NCBI RefSeq assembly: GCF_001194135.2
Contig: NC_068983.1
Location: 131,864,423 to 131,904,268, forward strand
DNA length: 39,846 bases
Reading direction: 5' to 3'
From: Octopus bimaculoides
Lineage: Eukaryota
Below are positions 34,260 to 39,846 of the stretch, piece after piece. Position numbers and translations under genes: made by a program. Positions within the stretch are counted from its first letter, which is position 1. Every line of letters starts with the position of its first letter. Under the pieces are notes generated by a model, which worked only from the letters and a program-made list of their open reading frames with translations, was not told the origin of the DNA and did no database searches.

Positions 34260-37200
34260 TATTATTATTTTTTTCATCAGCATCGTTCAGTTCTATTTTC
34301 ATTTCTTATTGAGTTTCTTCCTGACACCTAGAGCAGAGAAACGTACTGTATACTTTCGTAGGCCATTAAAACAAGAACACAACATTGATCCTTTACAGAG
34401 TCATGTAATAGAGAAAAAGGGGAAGACAGAGAGAAAAAAGAAAAATAAAAATAATAGAAAAGTAAACAAATAAAATAAAGGGAGAAAAAGGAAAGAGAAT
34501 TCACAGCGACAATGCTCTTCTGAATACGTGTGATGTACCAGTTACGACAATCTTTTGCACATGGATGGTAAGCCAGGGATCATTCTCAGATGATTTTCAT
34601 TTCATTTTTTTCATCATTCCAAGGGATCCTACAATCACTGGTATTGTAAATGTCTTGAGATGCTACATCTTTTTGACTTCGATCTTTATATTTTCACAAC
34701 AATATCTGGTTTATTTCCCTTGATGGTCCAATCAGTACATACTGGGAAGTCCCAAATAATAGTTACATTTTCTCCTTCAGTTACAGAGTGGTGCTTGTAT
34801 CATTTGTCAGCAGTTTTGATTTTATAATGCCGACCCATGTAGATATTGATCAACTTTGCCATGTGTTGATTCGTACCCTGCAGGTGCTAAAACCTTACAT
34901 CCAGAGATTAGGTGGTTCACTGTTTCTATCCAATCGTTGCAGTATCGGCAGTTTCGGTCTATACCATTTTTCATCACATCGGCTTGATAGTTCCGGGTCA
35001 ATAAGCTCGATAGTTCCGGGTCTCTGCCTTTCGCCCTGAGCTCAGTAGCCACTGATAGGTGTGCTTCTGGTCTACATCAACTTATTTGCTACGAGCCACA
35101 TATTTGCCACGCAGAGCATTGTGTTCCCACCTATCAACCAATTGTTCAAACACATTTTGCTTTGCTATTGATTTCAACTTCTTTGCAACTACAGCTGCTG
35201 CTCTTCCCTCATAATATTCAACCTGGGGATTATGCATAAACACACTTGGACATCTTTTGCTCTCCTTCATAACAGAATGAAGCTTCTCACTTCTTTAATG
35301 GTTTTCAACGAGCTTTAGCATCCAGTCCTTAAATGTTTCAAGATGTTTTGCCAGTCCAAATGTGGTGATTTTGTAGGAGATTTCAAGTTGGATGAAGCCT
35401 CGACCTCCTTGAGCTCTGGGTAGGTATAGACGATCTGCGTCTGTCTTTGGCTGGTGCATCTTATTGCAAGTCAGCAGTTTACAGATTTTCCTGTCAGTCT
35501 TCCGTATTTCGCTCCTATTCCAGTTCAACACATTTTAACTCTAAATAACAAGAACTGCTGAGAAATTTATAACCAACACCTTGTTACGTGCATTTAACTT
35601 GGATTTTTGAGCTGCTTGAACTCTCCTGTAACACTCCTTCATGATCTTCTCTTTCATACTTGCATGTTGAATGCCGGAGCTCTCATTTATTCCGAGGTAT
35701 TTGTAAGTTTGTTCCTGCTCGAGTTTTTTATGACTGCTTCAACATTCAACACCACTGAATGTGAGGTCTGCAGTCCCCCATTCTGGAAAGTGGCCTTTGC
35801 ACATTTACAATGACCTAATTCCATCCCAATGATATCATGAATGCTTTCACAGTACGTAATAGTCCTTTAAGCTCGTTATCTTCTTTACCATACAGTTTTA
35901 TGACATCCATACAAAATATTTGACTTATTCTCTTGTCGCAAATTTTATATCCATACCCTGTTCTGTTAAGTTCACTTGTAAGGGGTATTAAGGCTATGCA
36001 GAAAATTAAAGGTGAAAGTGAGTCACCTTGGAAAATGCCGCAGTTGATATTGATATTTTTTGAGGTCAGTACTCCATTAGAGTGGTATAATTGGTGTTTC
36101 GTATTTCACATTGACATGTTGTGCTTCAAGAAGGTTGAAATCATAGGAGAAATATCCAGCGTTTCAAGATTCATGCAGAATTGAGATTTCTGCGTTTGAT
36201 ATAATAGTTCTCAAGGATCATGTTATTGGTTAAGAGTTGGTTTTTGCATCCATACGGGCCTCGTCGGCACCCTTTTTGTTCAGTGTGGAAAATACCGTAC
36301 TGTTCCATAATTTTGTATGCTTTCTCCACGAGGATGGGTGTGAACAAAATGCATACGAGTTAGAGAGATATGTTATTGGCCGAGAGCTTTGGGAAAATGT
36401 GTTCTATTATTCTTCGGGAGTAGGTAAGTAATACCTCTTGCTAACCAGTCAAGTGTTTATGTAGGATCTCTCATAATTATATTGATTACCTGGACTGACT
36501 ATTCGTGTGCGCACGTGAGCTAGGCAACCCAGACATTTGGCACTCTGTAATTATCAGGAGACTTCCACTTATACGCCTTCATGTGTGTCATCCTTAAGTC
36601 TGCTATTGTGATGTCTTCCCATGCTTGTTCTGGTAAGTTTTGTTAGGATCCTTCTGTGTGTCTAATCCAGTCTGCATTTTTATTGTAAATCTTTTCATTG
36701 CTCCAGATATTTTTCCATAAGTTTTTAACTCGTCCATGGCAGCATGGAGTGGGGTCTTCAATGGTTATTTTCTCCTTCCTTATTTTTCTGTAAAATGTTT
36801 TTGTATCGGATGTGAACAGCTTATTTTATTTGTAAAATTTGTTTCCCTTCTCAAATATTCGTATTCTTTGAGATTCTGTTTGAAATTTTTGTTACACTGT
36901 TTCTTTCGCTGAAGGCAGGTCTTCTGTAGGTGAGAATCTGTTTTCTCTTCATCTGTCTTCTTTTTTTTTTTTTTTGGTGTTTACATTGTTTCCACAGATT
37001 AGTTCATTCAATATTGATATTTCAACTCTCATTATGTCAATCTCTTTTCTCACTTTTACTTTTCCATTTTGTTAATCTTCTAAGGTTTCTATTTCTTTGT
37101 TTTTTTTTTCAGAGGAATACAGCTGGTTTCAGTTGTCTTAGCAACTGCGTAAGTAATTTAATTTAATTCAATGAGATCTGGTTTTAGTTCTTGTAGAATT

Positions 37201-37780
37201 TCCTTTGTTACACAGTTTCCAATTTTAATTTGATTTGTATTTTGGATTGTATTTCAGAACTTATGAAGTGGTTCTCTATCATGCATATTACTGTGTCTTA
37301 CAACTGCAAGCTTTTTCAGGATTTTCTTCTTTAGTTCTATCATACCCTCTCTGTGTACAATCGGTAAATTTTTAGTTTTCAAATATTGTTTCTTCACCAC
37401 ATTCTTCGCTAACTATATCAGGTTCATTACAATATATTTCTCCAGACGTTTGCGTGCCCTGGTCAGATGGTATCCTTTCAACTGAGACTCGTAAAAAGTG
37501 GCTCTCTTCGTTTGATTATTCATTTCTTTGTTATCTTATATATAATTCATTTTCCGCTGCGTTCTTGGTCGCAGTTATTTCACTATTTCCGGGTCTTTTA
37601 TTTCCTTACCTTTGCTAACTTGTTTTCGTCCAAATATAGTCTGCTGTCTAGATTTCGTGTTCTCCGTATTTGATAAGAGTGTTCGGTGTGTTTCTCTTCC
37701 AATGGCCTGCCTAATGCTTAGTTGTAGGTATATATTACTTCTGTCTGCACTTCTGGGACCCATTTGATTCTATTACATAT
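34197..37780 (-). mobile_element. Near-full-length but decayed R4/Dong non-LTR retrotransposon ending in (TAA)n
   Basis: Ordered on minus: WKSP; DWLARGITYLLPK; EQKGCRRGPYGCKNQLL; CGIFQGDSLSPLIFCIAL (about 36003-36043); CMDVIKLYGK (decayed YMDD, about 35900); DRLYLPRAQGGRG; CRYCNDWIETVNHLISGC (CCHC); LWDFP...KPDIVVK; IPVIVGSLG; stop about 34501; 3' UTR; (TTA)n 34197-34268. The 5' boundary is approximate. Confidence 0.85.
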
Positions 37781-38534
37781 TTATTTCTGTGGTGTGTGTG
37801 CTGGTGGACTTGGAGAGGTCGAGTTGGGGTAGTTTCTATTCAATCGACCATCCAGTTTCGTTTCCAGAGAAGAGTTTGTGCCAGCGGATGACTTTTACAC
37901 ATTAGGCTAGTTCTCTTCTAGCGTATGCGCTTCCAGATTAACCATAGGATAAGCGATTTGGTATACTGTTGTAGTTTTCCTTTGTGTTTCGTTACACATA
38001 CTGAAAACTATTAGTATTGAGACCTGTATTGTGGCAGATGTAGAGACGGTTGTTGTCTCTGCCATTATTGTCGACTCTGTCATTAATAACGTTAAGTTAA
38101 TTTAACCTTGCGATTAAAGCATTGCTCATCGTTAGTTACCACCAACAGTGCCTTGATCTGCATAGTTGTGGCTAGCCTTTGTAGCCATGGTGACAGTATA
38201 CCCATTATTTAATTACACCTGCCACCTTTGCAACTACTGTGTGGTGTTGCTAAATGTTGTTTAGTTTCAAATTTTGTCTTGTACTTGAAGTAAACATAAA
38301 TATGTGAGGATTAAAGGAAATAGTAGCAGGGGTAAAAGCAGTTCGTTGGATATACCAAATTCCGCAGTTCTGTACATGAATTCAGAAGATGGTGAAGAGA
38401 TCAGCAACGGGCATTCCTTGGGGTCAGCAAACGTCAAATGTGTTTACTACTACTAGCGATCAATGAGATCGCTGACCTTGGCCTTAAAAAGAGTCAATTC
38501 ATCTTGGTCTATTTTTAATTGCTGAGAGAAGAAA

Positions 38535-38567
38535 TAATAATAATAATAATAATAATAACAATAATAC

Positions 38568-38602
<35 letters not shown>

Positions 38603-39106
38603 NNNNNNNNNNNNNNNNNNNNNNNNNNNNNNNNNNNNNNNNNNNNNNNNNNNNNNNNNNNNNNNNNNNNNNNNNNNNNNNNNNNNNNNNNNNNNNNNNN
38701 NNNNNNNNNNNNNNNNNNNNNNNNNNNNNNNNNNNNNNNNNNNNNNNNNNNNNNNNNNNNNNNNNNNNNNNNNNNNNNNNNNNNNNNNNNNNNNNNNNNN
38801 NNNNNNNNNNNNNNNNNNNNNNNNNNNNNNNNNNNNNNNNNNNNNNNNNNNNNNNNNNNNNNNNNNNNNNNNNNNNNNNNNNNNNNNNNNNNNNNNNNNN
38901 NNNNNNNNNNNNNNNNNNNNNNNNNNNNNNNNNNNNNNNNNNNNNNNNNNNNNNNNNNNNNNNNNNNNNNNNNNNNNNNNNNNNNNNNNNNNNNNNNNNN
39001 NNNNNNNNNNNNNNNNNNNNNNNNNNNNNNNNNNNNNNNNNNNNNNNNNNNNNNNNNNNNNNNNNNNNNNNNNNNNNNNNNNNNNNNNNNNNNNNNNNNN
39101 NNNNNN
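38535..39106. other. (AAT)n/(TA)n then assembly gap (N 38603-39106)
   Basis: Direct reading. Confidence 0.95.
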
Positions 39107-39522
39107 AAAAAATGAGGGCAAAAGTTTCATAAACAATTATAGATATTAAAGTTTTAAAATACACTAAATATGATCTTTTGTTTGTCCAAAGAGATAAAAC
39201 TGTAGTGTTCTTAGAATGAAAAGGATGCTTACATTTTTGAAAATTTAACGAGAAAGGAAAGGACAGGTATTCAGAGAAGTTGTAGATATTAAAGTTTTTA
39301 ATGCTGATCCTTTGTGTGTTCGAAAGCTGTAGATATGTAAGTTTCTTAATTTATTTTGAGGGAAATTTAAAATACTGACAGGAAATTTTAGATATTCCAG
39401 TCTTTGAGAGTTAGTTTTCAGTTGTCCTGCTGGGTTGTATTAATGTCTCTGTGTTTTCGGCTGCCTACTGATCAGAGCAGCGAAGAATACGTCCGGCCAG
39501 TGCCAAGGGTGTCGATCTCTCC

Positions 39523-39846
39523 TTATTATTATTATTGTTCAGTAGTTTTATTTTTATAACGTGCTTTCACTTCACTACCGAGCGCAGCTCTGTGCGCCTT
39601 GGGTATGTGCTATGGTTTGCTGTGGGGCTCTTATGTTTACTGTATTGAAAGTGTTTTGCGTAGAATGTGTGCAGTACCCAGTAGTGCAATTTTCTGTATG
39701 TTATATATATTTGTAAGTCCTGGTGTTTTTGTTATGTATTTGTCTGAATATTTTTTATTATACCTAAGGCACCTATTATGATAGGAATTGTTTCTGTTTT
39801 TAGATTCCACATTCGAGTTATCTCTATTTCCAGGTCTTTGTATTTT
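39523..39846 (-). mobile_element. 3' end of an R4/Dong element, near-identical inverted copy of 1-323
   Basis: (TTA)n-gttcagtagtttt.... Reverse complement of 1-323 with about nine differences counted by eye. ORF stop at 39637-39639. Confidence 0.9.

Noticed and set aside
39445-39480. Minus-strand ctgatcag...cagccgaaa near the Dong flank
   Set aside because: G8 is replaced by C, helix II is not complementary and there is no NUH triplet.

Overview
AT-rich, microsatellite-laden eukaryotic DNA with seven N-gaps. I can support no intact host gene. The repeat families look like those of Octopus (inference from recalled SINE sequences; no database search was run). Almost all long ORFs in the track are microsatellite or N-gap artefacts. 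The recognisable content is layered transposon debris: (i) at least six pieces of R4/Dong-type non-LTR retrotransposons (RT, CCHC knuckle, restriction-like endonuclease), three with 3' ends abutting (TAA)n tracts; (ii) several tRNA-derived SINEs; (iii) mariner, hATm-like, possible Tc1 and RTE fragments. The main signal is a set of minimal type-I hammerhead ribozyme (HHR) motifs in unrelated non-coding repeats. One is a SINE built as tRNA-like head + (TAA)n spacer + HHR + terminal hairpin: a full copy at 13998-14286 and a tail-only copy at 331-513, with a compensatory base-pair swap in helix I between copies. Another is a Penelope-pLTR-like partial tandem (5163-5785) whose repeat boundary falls at the ribozyme. 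The HHR-SINE and the Dong LINE appear nested inside each other in both directions.
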